Positions 37,780-50,900 of a stretch of DNA of 64,000 nucleotides are shown here, piece after piece; positions within the stretch are counted from its first letter, which is position 1, and each line of letters starts with the position of its first letter. A model generated the notes under the pieces. That model saw only the letters and a list, made by a program, of their open reading frames with translations, was not told the DNA's origin and made no database searches. This DNA is from Takakia lepidozioides (Eukaryota > Plantae > Bryophyta): NCBI GenBank assembly GCA_030704615.1, contig CM060734.1, positions 30,194,001-30,258,000 on the forward strand. Direction: 5' to 3'. The position numbers and the translations under genes were made by a program.

Positions 37780-38815
37780 CTTGGATTCGAGTTGTTGCTT
37801 AATGGTAATGAGAGTTGTGAGGGAACGAAGGGCGGTGAGACGTATATCATTAAAGCATTTGTGGATCGGGGGATAGGGATATGAAGGTTTTTATGCAGAG
37901 CGGTTATATTGGCGTTATAGATACCACCTCTAGTACCGGTTCGGTGTACCAACCACGCTGGCGGTTAGCAAGGATGTGGGGGGCATATTTTTGTCGTTTG
38001 TTTAAGATGCAGGAGGCTGGGTATCGGTCATTACATTATGTGAATTCAACGAAACGAATGATGAGATTCGGGGATGGAGAAGTGGGTAGGGGGCCATTGA
38101 TGGGTAAGCCTTGGACAAGTAGGATGTCAGGGCAGAGTCGGGAGGGGCAGGTGCAGGGTGAACGTAGACAAATACATGGAAGGAGCCAGTGGGGGACAGT
38201 ATGATTAGGGGGTCTGCCTTGGTAGGTGCCTGCATTGATGAGTGAGAACCATCTAGTTTCAGGGCGGTTCATGAGAAGTTTATGAATGTGCCAGACTGCG
38301 TGGTTATGGTGAGTAATGCGGAGGCCATGTATAACGGGGTGAGTACACTGACTGAGAAGGTGGAGTCATGTGTCGCATTCTTGATGTGTATGTGAGCATA
38401 GGGGGCAGTTGGGGGATGGAAATAGGCATGGCCAGAAAATGTGCTTGCGTTGGTGACCTATGTACTGAGCATAACGGAACTTGAGTGTTTGTCGGATTTG
38501 CGCGTCAGTGGCAGCCTTGATGTGCCAGAAGTAGTTTGATAACTTATGGTGAAGTACAGTAGATTGTATCCACTTCTGGATATGGACCTTGGTGTGGCTG
38601 GTAGATGCTAGAGCTTGTATATTTGCTTCAGGGGTGAGGATGGTCTGCACGTTACGTATTGGCCTGGTAATCGGGAGTTCTAGGACGGGATGTATTAGCA
38701 AAAATGCAGGGTGGGTATGAGCAATATAAATGGGGTCGGCTGAGGAGATTTGGCTCCCCCTGACTGGGCGAGGAGGTCTGCCCTATCGTTGCCGCTAATA
38801 CCAGTGTGGGAAACA
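37780..38815 (-). mobile_element. Dualen/RandI-like non-LTR retrotransposon 3' part (RNase H end, Zn knuckle, RLE)
   Basis: HTGISGNDRAD (RNase H), CPLC...HLLSQC, HNHAV, PDILLVQG...FVEFTxCND...KRQKY. Confidence 0.7.
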
Positions 38816-41800
38816 GCTCGCCCACCAACTGCCCCGAAAATATGCTCAAAAAAAAAATTCAAAAATTCTTTCTGGCTTTTCAACCGCACTACCACTTGTC
38901 AGGCACCACCAAAGTCTCATGGGGTTCCTTCTTGGTCAAATTCCTAGGGCTCAGTTGTAACCCTGTGGCACACATCCTGGCTCTTATGGAAGAAGCAGAT
39001 ATCTACGGGACGCAACCACCTACAGGTTCATCTTGGGTACGGAAAAACATTCTCTCAGAACCAAGAGGGGCTGCCAAACTCAAGCCAAGGTTCAGAGAAA
39101 CTCTCACCAATGCCCTTGCTATGCTAGAAGCAATTGTGGAAGCAGAGATAGATGAGGAAAACCACAAAGGAGACCTCCAGCGAACTCGGGACCACCTCTA
39201 CGGGGCAAGGCCCCCGCCCTCGCCATCTTCCTCATCAAGCGTTTCTGCCCGCTCCGTGGCGCTTGCCCCTTCAATGCCAGGTCAACCAGCTGCATCAGGC
39301 CCTTTGCAGCAAGACACCACACATTCTCCTGCCTCTCCAGCTTCTGCCCATCAAGATCTTCCTCCACTTCAGCCTACAGCTCCAGCTCCGGACCCCAACA
39401 TGGAAGATGTCACCACCAAAATGGACCAGGTTCCACATAACCCCTCCCCTTGCTTCATTTTTTATGCTGACAAAGGAGACTCTAAACGTTGTTGGCTCCT
39501 CTGTCGTAATGAATCCTCCTATCAGTCTGCAGACATATTCCATCCATCTCTCTTCCTACTTCTCTCTCAATACCCTTCTCCAACCAACTCACCCACAACA
39601 TCCCCATTCCCCCTCTTCATCTTCCTCTCCCTCCTGACTTCTTCCTTACCTACACTCATCTGTTATCCATCGACACATTCTAATCAAACCCCACCCAGTT
39701 CGTCCCATCTCCACCTCCACCTACTCTGTCTGACCAAGATACCCAAACTAATGTGGTTATGATCAAGGTTAGGAAGCTCCTGCCTAAACCACCCCCCACC
39801 TACCGATGGGTCAGCTCTTTACTCCCGACAGATCGTACGGTCCCCTTCTTCTTTGACAACCCTGGGCCATCGAATGAGATTAATACCCTCAGCCTTCTAT
39901 TCCACCCACATGTTGATTAACTTATCCTCATGGAACATCAGGGGGTTGGGGCAAGGCCCAGACTCCCTAAAAAACGTCAGGCTTAGGAACTGGCTGCAGC
40001 CAGTGTTCCGCCAAGATGCCATCATTTCCTTTCAAGAACACAAACTAGATACCCAGAAAATTTCAAACCTCACTGACCATCTTTGGCCAATCAACAACTC
40101 TCTCTGGAAGCCAACATCCACCGGTTCAAGAGGGGGTACCGTAATCCTCCTCTCTCCTTCTCTTCACTCCCGCCTCCGTTGTGAGGTTTCATGGGTTCGG
40201 GGAAGGGCCCAATATTGTGCCCTGGACCTACCCAACAACGCAGGAACACTAGGCATAGTCAACGTCTATGCACCCCACTCTACCGCTGAAAGGGCAGACT
40301 TCTGGACTACCCTTGAAAATAAGATGAAAGATGTCGACTACGTAGACGGTTGGGTGGTCATGGGAGACTTCAACATGGTTGAGGCCCCAGAAGACCGGAG
40401 ATGCCCTTCCGCCTTTAACCCAACTATGCCAGAAATGGATAACTGGAACAATCTCTCTCATTCACACAATCTAGTGGAAGCTATCTCTATTTCCCAGAAC
40501 GTACCACCAACAACCCAAATTCCGACCTTCACCTGGTCAAACAACAGAACCTTACCTGACCTTCAAATGGCTAGGCTAGACCGATTTTACTGCTCTTTAA
40601 ACATTGTCCAATGGATAACTAGGAACCCCCATACCCCAATCTTGCAAGGCTTCGACCATGCATTCATTTATGCTCCTCTAAAAATCCCAAACACCCAATC
40701 CAGAGGTAAAGGTATCTACAAACTTAATACCTCTCTCCTCAAAATCCCCTCCTTTAAACAAGGGCTCAAAACATCTTGGTCCCAATCCGGCGCCCTCCTT
40801 CGGGGGGGGGTGCTAGTCCGTGAGTGGGAAGATGCTCACGCCAGAGGTTGTTGGGGTCCACATCCGCGGACGGTGATAACCAGGGGACCTATTTCCGTGG
40901 GAACGAGTGTAAATGTAGTGTGTACCTGGATGTGAAGTTGGATGAACGTTGGATGAATGGTGGATGGATGAAAAATATTGGATGGATGAGAAATATTTGA
41001 TGGATGGTGGATGGATGTTTGTTGGATGTTACATGCATGATGGCTGAGTGTGGGGCGAATAATGGATCATATATGCTGGAACACTGGATGAATGACGGAG
41101 TGTCAAACTTGGAATGGTTGAATTTCGGACAGTTGATGGATGGACTTATGTTTTGGATGCAAGCACAATATACGTACGTATGTGTAAAGTCTGGAAGTAT
41201 TGTGGACCCACAGAGATTGTATGAATGGACTTGGAAGTGTAGATGAAAAATTTTATGTCCAGAAAATGTCTTATGTAGACACTGTTGGAAAGGGAGGCAT
41301 GCATTTGAAGGAAGAGAAGCAATCTCCCCACATTTGATTCCCCAGATACTCCCAAACAGGTGGATCCAATCGGAAAATGTCTATGCACTAGAACTTGTGG
41401 TAGCACCGGACTCCGATGCACAAATGTCCATGAAGATCCTAGCCCTGTTGTCCACATTTTCCACACGATTGAAGCAAACTAGAGGGGGGGAGTCGCAAAG
41501 AGAGAACTTCCTAGCGGCAGCCTCCGCATAGCATGGCAACCGCAGGGGGGCAGTTGGGCTCGGGAAAAATTCCGGGTTAGCATAGAATGGGATGCTTCTC
41601 CTTGTTGTTGGTGTCCTGCAAAGATTCCCGAAGTTGCAAGCCCATAAGCTGAAAGACACTACCGCGCTTGTGACAAAAATGAAGGTATGAATAAATGAAA
41701 AACCCAACATGTCATCCAAAACAAACCGGACTTACGTACACTCAAAGTCGGAGTCCACGTCGAGGTCTTCATCTGGAAGTTCCCGTTCGTCAAAAACTGG

Positions 41801-43529
41801 TTCCTTGTGTGGGGCTGATCCCGAGCCGGAGGTGAGTTGTTGAATCTCGCACGAAAACAGCTCCGCATCCCCCTCCATGCCGAAGAAGTGTCTAACGGCG
41901 CTCTTACAAGCATGGAAAGTTGCACCTGCAAATGCACAGAACGAATGGTCAAAAAACCCAGAATCATTACAAAATTCAAGATTATCGACACGTTAGAGCA
42001 GGAGACTTGGCAGGGCGAACCTGTTCCCAAAGAAAAGTCCACCACCCGCCCCCCATGCCGGCTGCAAGTCTCCACCAGAGTCTGCATAAGTGCTGGAGAT
42101 TTCTCCCGAGCACCTCTCCAAGGGACACCATTCGTCCTTTTGATGGTCCGCCCGGAGTCCACGTAATTGTAGAGGACATCGTCCCCCACACCCTAAACTT
42201 GTGGGGTCGATGTGTGCTGCAAGGTCTCTCAACTGGAACTCCACAATACCTGGAGGGAGGGTGTCCTTTCGCATCCTCACCAAACATAAAGCCTCGAACA
42301 CCCAAGTCTGCATTGCCCCCCCCAAAACATTCAGTTCACGATCATGCATAATGAACTGAACAGAATGAAATTAGCAGAAGAGACAGTCCACCATCCTGAA
42401 CTCACCCTCTGTCCTGGAAACTCTCCCTTGGAAAGTGGAAGAGTGTTGATACACGTTCATGTTTTGATGACCTTAAAGCCGGAAGCTTTCATGTAACTGA
42501 AAAGGGTTCTGCGCGCCTGCATGTCTTTTGACTGCAAAAGAAGAAGTGCTCCTGCATCAGACAAAAATTTGTTGCTGAAGAAAAAAACCCACTGCAGAAA
42601 AGGGCATCTGACTTGTTCCACGATGGTGTTGTGTTCGATGGGAGGACATCCGGCACAGGCAGACCATCTGGAATGTCCAGGACCACCAGGTTTGTTGCAT
42701 ACGCTTGCTGGCTTCCATTCACCCATTCAGGTCTTTTGGTGACATGTTCCACTTAAAAAAACAGTGGACTAGTTAGGAGCAGAACACAATGTTGAACAAA
42801 GTAAAAAATACACCAGGCAAAGTTTTGTGTGGGCACCTTTGTGAGGAAAGAAATTAGGATGTCCCAAGTCTTCGATCTCTCTCCTTTTGAATGTGGATTT
42901 TCTGGATTCCATCATTGCCAAGAAACTCTCGTTAATCACCTCACTTTCATACTGACCCAACACCCGTGAAGGGTGCTCTCTGGCCTCGTAAGGCTGTTCT
43001 TTAGTTTTAGGAGTTCTCCTGTCCTTGCGAGGTGGAGAGGGTTGACGCTCCGTGGTGTCCTGCACAACCTGATCCTGCCCAACCACAATCTTCCCCTTAC
43101 CCTTCCCATCACCTGCGCCCTTCCCTTTCCGTTTGGGAGTGCTACTTTTCTCCGACTCCTTTGCTGCGAGGGCTTGAATTATTCTCTCCTGAATTTCCTT
43201 GTCACTAAGTGGTGCAAGAGCAGCTGCATTGTCGTTGAAGTTGAGCATGACCACCTCCTCGAACGGTGTGTCCTATTTGGGCAAGTCCAGATACCAGCCA
43301 CAATCTCTGAAGTGCGCCCTGCCCCAGTCCTTCGCGATTCCAGCAGTGTACATTGTCTTGTCCTTAGTGGGGTCCGCCCACATGAAAATGAAATCCGGTT
43401 CATCACTGAGGTACTTGCCGGGAATGAGGACATGGCAAATGTACCTGGAAAACACACCCAAATGATCAATTTAGTGAAGGCCAATGTCCAGCAGAATCAT
43501 AGAAGCTGGAAAAAGATAGTACCTCGAAC

Positions 43530-43974
43530 AACCTTGCGTTGACGCAAGGTTGTTTGAGGCATCCCAACAAATTGCCGATACCAGAAATGATATCTCAAAA
43601 TTGGTCTATTACGAGCAAAGGATAGCATTGCGTCAAAGCAAGGATGTACATTGCTCTGAAGTTTAACTTAAATCTGCAGGTAGAATCAAGTCTCAAACAA
43701 CCTTGCGTTAACGCAAGGTTGAAATGAGTTTGTTAAATGAAAATTTATAAGCAGAATTTGAAACGAAGAGACTGCGGACAAGAAGAGAATGAACGGAAAA
43801 TGTACCTCTACGTGCAATGAAATTTCGGAAAATACTGTTCTGCAGGACCTACATTCAACCTTGCGTCAACGCAAGGTTGGAACAAGCCTGGAGAAGCACC
43901 ATACTACCAAACGAAAATCTGTGAAACAAGTGCAGAACTACCAGCCCGATTCAACCTTGCGTTGACGCAAGGTT
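43530..43974. repeat. Intronic array 1 of the 22-bp palindrome AACCTTGCGTYRACGCAAGGTT (5 copies)
   Basis: Copies start at 43530, ~43625 (degenerate), 43699, 43857 and 43953. Confidence 0.95.
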
Positions 43975-45970
43975 AAATTGCGTCTGGAAAGGAACGGCAC
44001 GGCAGACGATCAGTGTAGCCTCACATTGGCAGTCCCAAACCATGCCTTGCAACAATGAGGATAAACGAAACCAAGAAAAGAATCAATGAAGATACATGAT
44101 ACATATACAAGACTCGCTTCATAGCTTGCTCGCTATTGTACTGATTCTTGAACTCATTCAACCTGGAAATGCCTTTGTCTCTTTCAAACTCCCTGAAGAA
44201 ACAATTGTTCCATATTGCACCTTTCCATCTCCGAATGTATTGCTCAAGAGAGATTCAGGGTGTTGTCATTGTGATTTTGTAGTCAGTCAAGGACTCTCCC
44301 AGTGCTGAAATAGCACGCCTTTCTAGCTGTTCCAACAAGGCAAATGTGAGGCTATGGAGCTATGCAACACGGATTCACAAAAAAATGGAGACTGCAAGAA
44401 TGAATTGGTGCTTGCTCTCACCTGGCTCCAGAATGTAGCTTTGTGAAGCCACTAGTTGAAGGAGTGGTCGCTCACCACTTTTACCACATTGGTTTTGGGG
44501 TCTTTCTCTGTTCTTGGAAACCCATACGTGTCCTTCACCAGAGGATCCGAGTTCCAAATCTTCAACCATCTGATTTTGGTTGCGGTGTCCACCATTGAAA
44601 TGGACAGGCGATGCAGTTTCTCTTGTGTCATTTCGGGATTAGTTCCGTACTTGTCGTAATGCACTTTCACCTGCTCTAGGAACTCTGAGCCGGGACCGGG
44701 ATCTGCAATACGGATTTGTTTGTCAAACGCACTCAGCAGGTTCTTTCTGTGGTTATCCATCTCAAACCGGATTGCCTCCGCCACCCCAACAACAGACCTC
44801 TCCTCCTCTGCGTGAGTGGCGTAGTATTCGGCCTTCGCCTTCAAGCCTGTCTCCGTTATCTCTTGCTGCAAACAATCCAACATATAAAACACTTCAGTTC
44901 ACAGCCAATGGAAATAGGTAACAGACAAGTCTGAATTTCAATTCGGTTTAAGTTTCTTTACCGTGTACATGTAGTCAAGAAATGCCTCTCTTGTCAGGCT
45001 ATACCAGGTGACGAGCTTCTTCTCCCTGCATCTCTTCATTTGACTTGGACTCAACACGTTCGCAAACGATTCCAGTGGCATCATACCGATCTTCTGAACC
45101 CGGAAAAGGGTGTGGCAGAGGTTGGTTGTTACGTGGGAGGTTTCGTTTGATCTGCATTGAACAGTCAGTTTTCCAATTAAGAACAAAACAACCACAAACA
45201 GAGCAATGCAATCAAATAATGCACAATAATTTCGGCAGACTTACTTGTTGATGTCGTGCATGGCAGTGAGCAGCTGTGTGACTCGTCCTTTGTGATCCAG
45301 AATAGAATGAACGCTCCAGTGCCAGTTCTTTTCGTCAGAGTGCAATTCCGATATGTAGTCCATCCAGGCAAGCAACCGGTGATTACCATCCCACACAAAA
45401 AACATCTTCCCCATGAAAACTTTCGTGGAAGCCTTCTTGGATAGTTTGGCCTCGAACTCCCTGTTAACTTCACACCAACACGTATCCCAACCTTCCTCTA
45501 TCTCTTCTGATACAGGGCACTCTTCGCCCTTCGTGTCAGTTGTGGAAACATAAAACACCGCAGAACCCTTCACATACCCATGCACAAAATCGTTTTTAAG
45601 TTTCCTTATGTCGTTTCTGAGTGCTGGCCGGACAGCGGGCATCGATATCATTCTGCACAGTGGGATAAGGATGTCTCCACTAGGAATTTCCATGGACAGG
45701 ATGACCTTCGAAGAGTTCACCTTATGTCCCCCGATAGCAGCCTCTGCTCTGTCTGCGTAATGCTCGTCATCGCCTTCTTCATCATCTTCATCGTCTGCCT
45801 CTCCTCCGTCTCTAGCAGGTTCTTTCCTTTTCCTTTTCCTCTGTAAGAAAACGGAAGATCAATCAGTCATTTTGTCTGGTATTGAACATAGTTGTAGATA
45901 AACATGCAGTTGTATGGCCCTAAACAACCTTGGGACAAGTGAAAACGACTCTTCATTTGCAGCCCCAATC

Positions 45971-46873
45971 AACCTTGCGTTAACGCAAGGTTGTTTGTGG
46001 AGATTCCAACAATGGGAAAGGAGATAAATACAGACTTCGCCAGGACTCAGGACACAGGACACAGGACAAAGAACAACAGCCCAAATCAACATTGCGTTGA
46101 CGCAAAGTTGTTTCATGGGGCATACAACTGTGGGGTTGAAGGAGAAAGCAAACATTGGCAAGACTCTCAAACTACCTTGCGTCAACGCAAGGTTGTTTGA
46201 TGAGCTTTAGTAGTTCCAGAATCCATGCAGATGGACACTCGAGTGTTTCTTGGGCTGACAATTTTCAGAGTGAAGACAAAACGAGCCGTTGGGTGTGCTC
46301 TCAAACAACCTTACGTCAACGCAAGGCTGCTTGATGGGCTTTAGCAGTTCCAGAACCCCTGCAGACGGACACTCTAGTGCAGCCCAAAACAACCTTGCGT
46401 TGACGCAATGTTGTTTCTTGGGCTGACAATTTTCGGAGTGAAGGAAAAACGAAGGTTGACCTTGCGTCAACGCGTCAACGCAACGTCAACGCAACCATTG
46501 ATGTCAACGCAAGGTTGTTTCATGAGCCTCAACATTTTGAAAAAACTCTTCAGAAGGACACAGGCCTGCAGCCCGAACCAACCTTGCGTTGACGCAAGGT
46601 TGATTTTGGGATTTGCAACGGTGGGAAAACAAACAATGAATGGGCGAAGCTGACATGGACAGTACATTCGAAACAACCTTGCGTCAACGCAAGGTTGTTT
46701 TGTGGCATTCAAAGGGCAATGTTCTTCTCGATTGTCTGTGTCTGTAACCTGAATCAACCTTGCGTTGACGCAAGGTTGATTTGGGTTGCCTTCATAGAAT
46801 CATGTTCTTGTCAATCAGTCTATATTCGAGCGTTCCAGCAACCAGCAAATCGACCTTGCGTTGACGCAAGGTT
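45971..46873. repeat. Intronic array 2 of the same palindrome (10 copies)
   Basis: Copies start at 45971, 46088, 46173, 46307, 46391, ~46458 (internally expanded gtcaacgc), 46580, 46675, 46756 and 46852, all within intron 45841-46932. Confidence 0.95.
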
Positions 46874-47929
46874 GATTGCTATCTACCAGACAGACTAAAA
46901 CTCAGCTGTGGCAACTGGTACGTCATACATACCTCTGCTTGCTTCTTTGCAGAGCTCGAAGGCGCACCTCCCGTCTGACTCGTCTCCTTCAATTCGTGTG
47001 GTAGGACCGGTCCCAGAAGATCAGGCTGGTGGGTGACAAAACCACGAACTTCAAGCTCCGCTGTCTCTTCCATTACGCGAACCATCGGGGACTGTTGTCT
47101 GAGTCCTTCCCAGGGTTCCTCCTCTCCACCCTCAAAAGACTGAAGCTTGTTGGGCTCCTCCTGCATGGCGGCTAAACCCTCTGGAGACTACCGCGCAACA
47201 ACTCCTCCGGCCTCTCTTTCTTCAACCTCTGCCTTCCCCTCTCCTCCGGCTTGTCCCACCCCGGTGTCCTCTCCCAAATTGAATTCCCTTCGGATCTTCT
47301 TCATTCTCTCCTTCGCCCGCAACCTTTGTTTGCTAGATGTGAAGTACAGAGTTCGGCGATGCCTTCTCCTAGCTCAAGAGGGAGTCTCACTATCGACAGG
47401 ATCCAAGATTGCAGAGAGGGAGAGAAATAGTGGTGCGAGAAAGACGAAATCACTTGCCTCTCCCCCTCCCCTACTGCGCCAAGATGCCAGCTTCGTAGAG
47501 AAGCGGCGGGGTTGCGTGGAGTATCTGCATGCAAGACACGTCGTCCCTGTACGGTCAAGAGTCGCGCTAAAATAAGGTTATTTTAGAATAGAAGTACGGT
47601 CCTAGGAAATTTTTGGTTGTTGCTTCGGTGGTGGTGGCTTCTCCACGTCCTCTGCTCATTCAAAACAAATGAATGAAAACAAGTCTGAAGAAAACCGTTG
47701 GATATAAGCAGTTATTGATTACATAAGATGCCTTGTAAGATGTGTAATGTGGATGGATGAGGATAGATGGCCTAGTGCAAATTGCAATGAAACTGCTCAT
47801 CCACCTTGCCGTGCATCGTCACTAACCTTCCAGTATGGGCGCGTCGATCATGTTGTTTGATGCTATCCCCAGACGTACGGCTCGTTGCTCCACTGCTGGC
47901 ACGCTTTGTTGGACACTGTTCCCGTACTC

Positions 47930-50900
47930 TTGTCTGCTTTACGAATGGCTCTCACAAGAGACTTGGTAAAATTCTACTGTCCTTACAAATCTCTCCCCCT
48001 CACCAAAGTGCCAGACGCCAATGGGATGGCAACCGTTGGAGAGGATGTCCTCTGTAGAAGCTTGGATCTACAAGTTGGAACTGTGCATGTGGAGAAAGAA
48101 GTGCACGACTCCGCCAGTAGAGTCGACAGCATGATGATTCTGGAGCCATTCGTGTGCGAGGACCGTGTCAGACAATGGAGAGTTCCAGCAGGCACTTACC
48201 GCGTGCACGGGGATCAGCGACGTTTGTCTGCAGGTTCTACACTCACTCCAGGAACTGTCGCTTCGGTGGCTCCGGCCTTCACACCTGCTACAATAAAAAA
48301 AAAAGGACACCAGCACATCGACGGCTTTTGTCGATCTCTCGGAAAGCTCTGGTGACGAAGACATCTCTGAGATTCCACCACCTCCAACACATCTATCTTC
48401 TTTCGAAGAACCAGATTTGAAGGAGATAGGCAGTGTCGTTCCAAAGTTGCAGTCTATGAAAGGCTTGCCAAACTGCAGAAATGACGTGCGTGGAATTGCA
48501 TGGGGGACAATAAATATTGTTAGAGCAAAATTCCTTCCCGCAGAATTTGATGGAGATGTGGTTTTTGAGCTGCCCCCTCCGACGTCCTGTGGGGGTTTGG
48601 GGGGACTCATGCAAGGGATGGACAAGAAGCACGACGGACATCCATGGTGTCGAACTAAGACAACCAATATACATAACCCTCATGGCTTGTCTTTCCGTAG
48701 ATCAGTCTGTGTTGGGCACCTACGTTGTGGAAATGAAACATGCCACTGTCTGACATTGAGAGGCTCCCCAAACGAGACGAAGTGGGAGGGTTGCGCGGAT
48801 AACCCATTTGAGGTTGGGTGCCCACCTCCTAAAAATATGACGTTTCTCTGCAAATATTGCAAAACGGCTCCAACATACATTGGCACATGCAAGGCCCGCA
48901 TGTACTATGTGCTCCATCGTTTTCGCGGCCTAACCCGAGCTTGTGTTCATCTCGGTAATCATACCCACCCCGTGTCGAAAGGGGATTGTCGAGAAAGTCT
49001 TGAAACAATTCGGGGACTTCTATGGCACGAGGTGGAGAATGCTCCTTATGCACCGCCATCTGCAATTGCACTTTCTGCAAGCAAAAGCTTCTTATAAAAA
49101 CACATTCTAGGAGGAGCGGAAGAGAACATCGAGAAACTGGACAGCGAAAAACTGGACGTGGTTATGGACTACTTCTCGACCCTTAGTTCACCAAATGTGC
49201 GCAACCAGATGAACACACTCAGAATGGGAACTGGGAGCGCAGGTTATGTGGATAGCATCTTGGAATTGAAGAGGAGAAGCATGTACGACTTCATTCAAGA
49301 CAATGTTTTCCCTGGTCAGGGGTCGTTGAAAGTGTTCTTATTCAAGATGTCCACAGTTGCGGAGGGAAGTGGAGTTAGTTTGGTCCGCAGAATGCAGCCC
49401 GGTGGCGATCTCCAAAAATCCTGGCTCATATTTGATCATGTGAAACGTGTGAAGGGCTGGACAACCATGGCTGCTCATGTGTACGATCCTTCTTACCAAA
49501 GGGTTATGACAATTGCAGTGTGTGACATGCAATCCGAAGACACTGAGTCTCAAATCCTCATGTGGAAGTCCCTTGTGAAAGTCATGAGGAATCATGGTGT
49601 CTTAGATCCAAATTTTCATGGGTTTATGGCCGATAGCGCGCAGACAAATTGGAATGCAGTCCGGTCTGTTTTTGGAAGTGGTGATCCGAAAATACCCATG
49701 GTGGGCAAGGAGCGCACTTGCCTGTTCCATTGGATCCGAAGGTACACTAAGAATTGCATTAAACCAGAGTTGTAGGAGGAACACATGAGACTCTGTCGGC
49801 TGTATAAAGATGCGACAAGCGAGATCGAAGCAAACTCCTTATACCAAACTATAAGGGCATGGTGGTACTCCTTCGTCAAGTCAGGCAGCAAGTCAGGATG
49901 GCCTCAAAGAACTTGACGACTGGATGGAATTCTGGCACTTCAGATACAAACAGTGGGGAGGATTCATGACAAGAGTAAGGTCCCTTCTAAATTTCCAATG
50001 CTTGCAAGAGTTCAATTTGCGGTGTTACCCCTGTTGACGTGTCTTTTCTTCAATGCTATTAGCTTTTGAAGTACACTAATAAATGGAAAGAACATTGTGT
50101 GCAGAATATGTCTCTGGAGGACATAGCGGATATGCCTTCTTGTAATCTATCCGAGACTGTGCATAGTGTGTGGAATGCACAATCCGGCAAGAACGGACGG
50201 GACCTGTACGTTGCCACTTCGGATGACATGGTCCGAGTGCTTTCGCAACAAACATGGTACCGGGATTTCCTTCGTGGACGTGGTTCTGGTAAGGGGCCAG
50301 ACAGGGCAGAGTTGCAGTTGAGGGCTGCAAACAGATGCAAGAATCCTGTTAGAATGGCAAAGGTTGTAAACGAATGCACAATGGGAACACCTTTGCAATC
50401 CAGACATCCTCATCTGGAAGGTGAGGAGAGATTCGGTTCATGCAAGCGCAATCTGGACACCCCTCCGAGATCGGACGAGGATTCACATCGACATGATAGG
50501 GATAACTTTTTGGTGCCACGTGTGCCCGTGCCACCCACTTTCGTGCACGCAACATCCTTTGTGGGTGAATCTTCCTCAACAGAGTTCACAGAGTCGACAA
50601 CTACAACTATACGGGAAGAAGGGGCGAACCTGCTGCCCATCCAGGAGTCTGATTGTGCAGACGCGCTGTGGCACATAGAACGAACTCCGCAAGGCTCAAA
50701 GGTGAAATGTTCCGCTATCAGGGCAACGTCATTTGTGAAGTGCACATCTATGATTTGTAGAGCCCCAGCAGGGACTCCAGCCCCAACTTTCACAGGGTTG
50801 TTCAAGTGCGCGGGAGGCTAGGCTTCACAAGTTTTGGTTTTGTCCTGATGACATGAAACGTTGCGTGATGGGAACTGCCCGTGATTCGGTGATAAGCAAA

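Larger units (their letters stand above)
41330..47410 (-). pseudogene. Spliced accessory gene: acidic/basic N-terminus, ParB-like domain, C-terminal beta-class N6A/N4C methyltransferase-like domain
   Basis: Exon 45840-~45245 has RPALRNDIRKL...FFVWDGNHRLLAW. Exon ~42752-42407 has LVVLDIPDG (motif IV-like). Exons ~42240-42022 and ~41925-41740 give PWRGAREKSPALMQTLVETCSRHGGRVVDFSLGTGATFHACKSAVRHFFGMEGD (motifs X-I-II). GT-AG introns; several stops and frameshifts. Confidence 0.75.

Noticed and set aside
43530-46873. Palindrome arrays as a CRISPR array
   Set aside because: Eukaryotic introns, no cas genes, irregular spacer lengths, and spacers that resemble each other (e.g. ~46195-46290 versus ~46330-46450).
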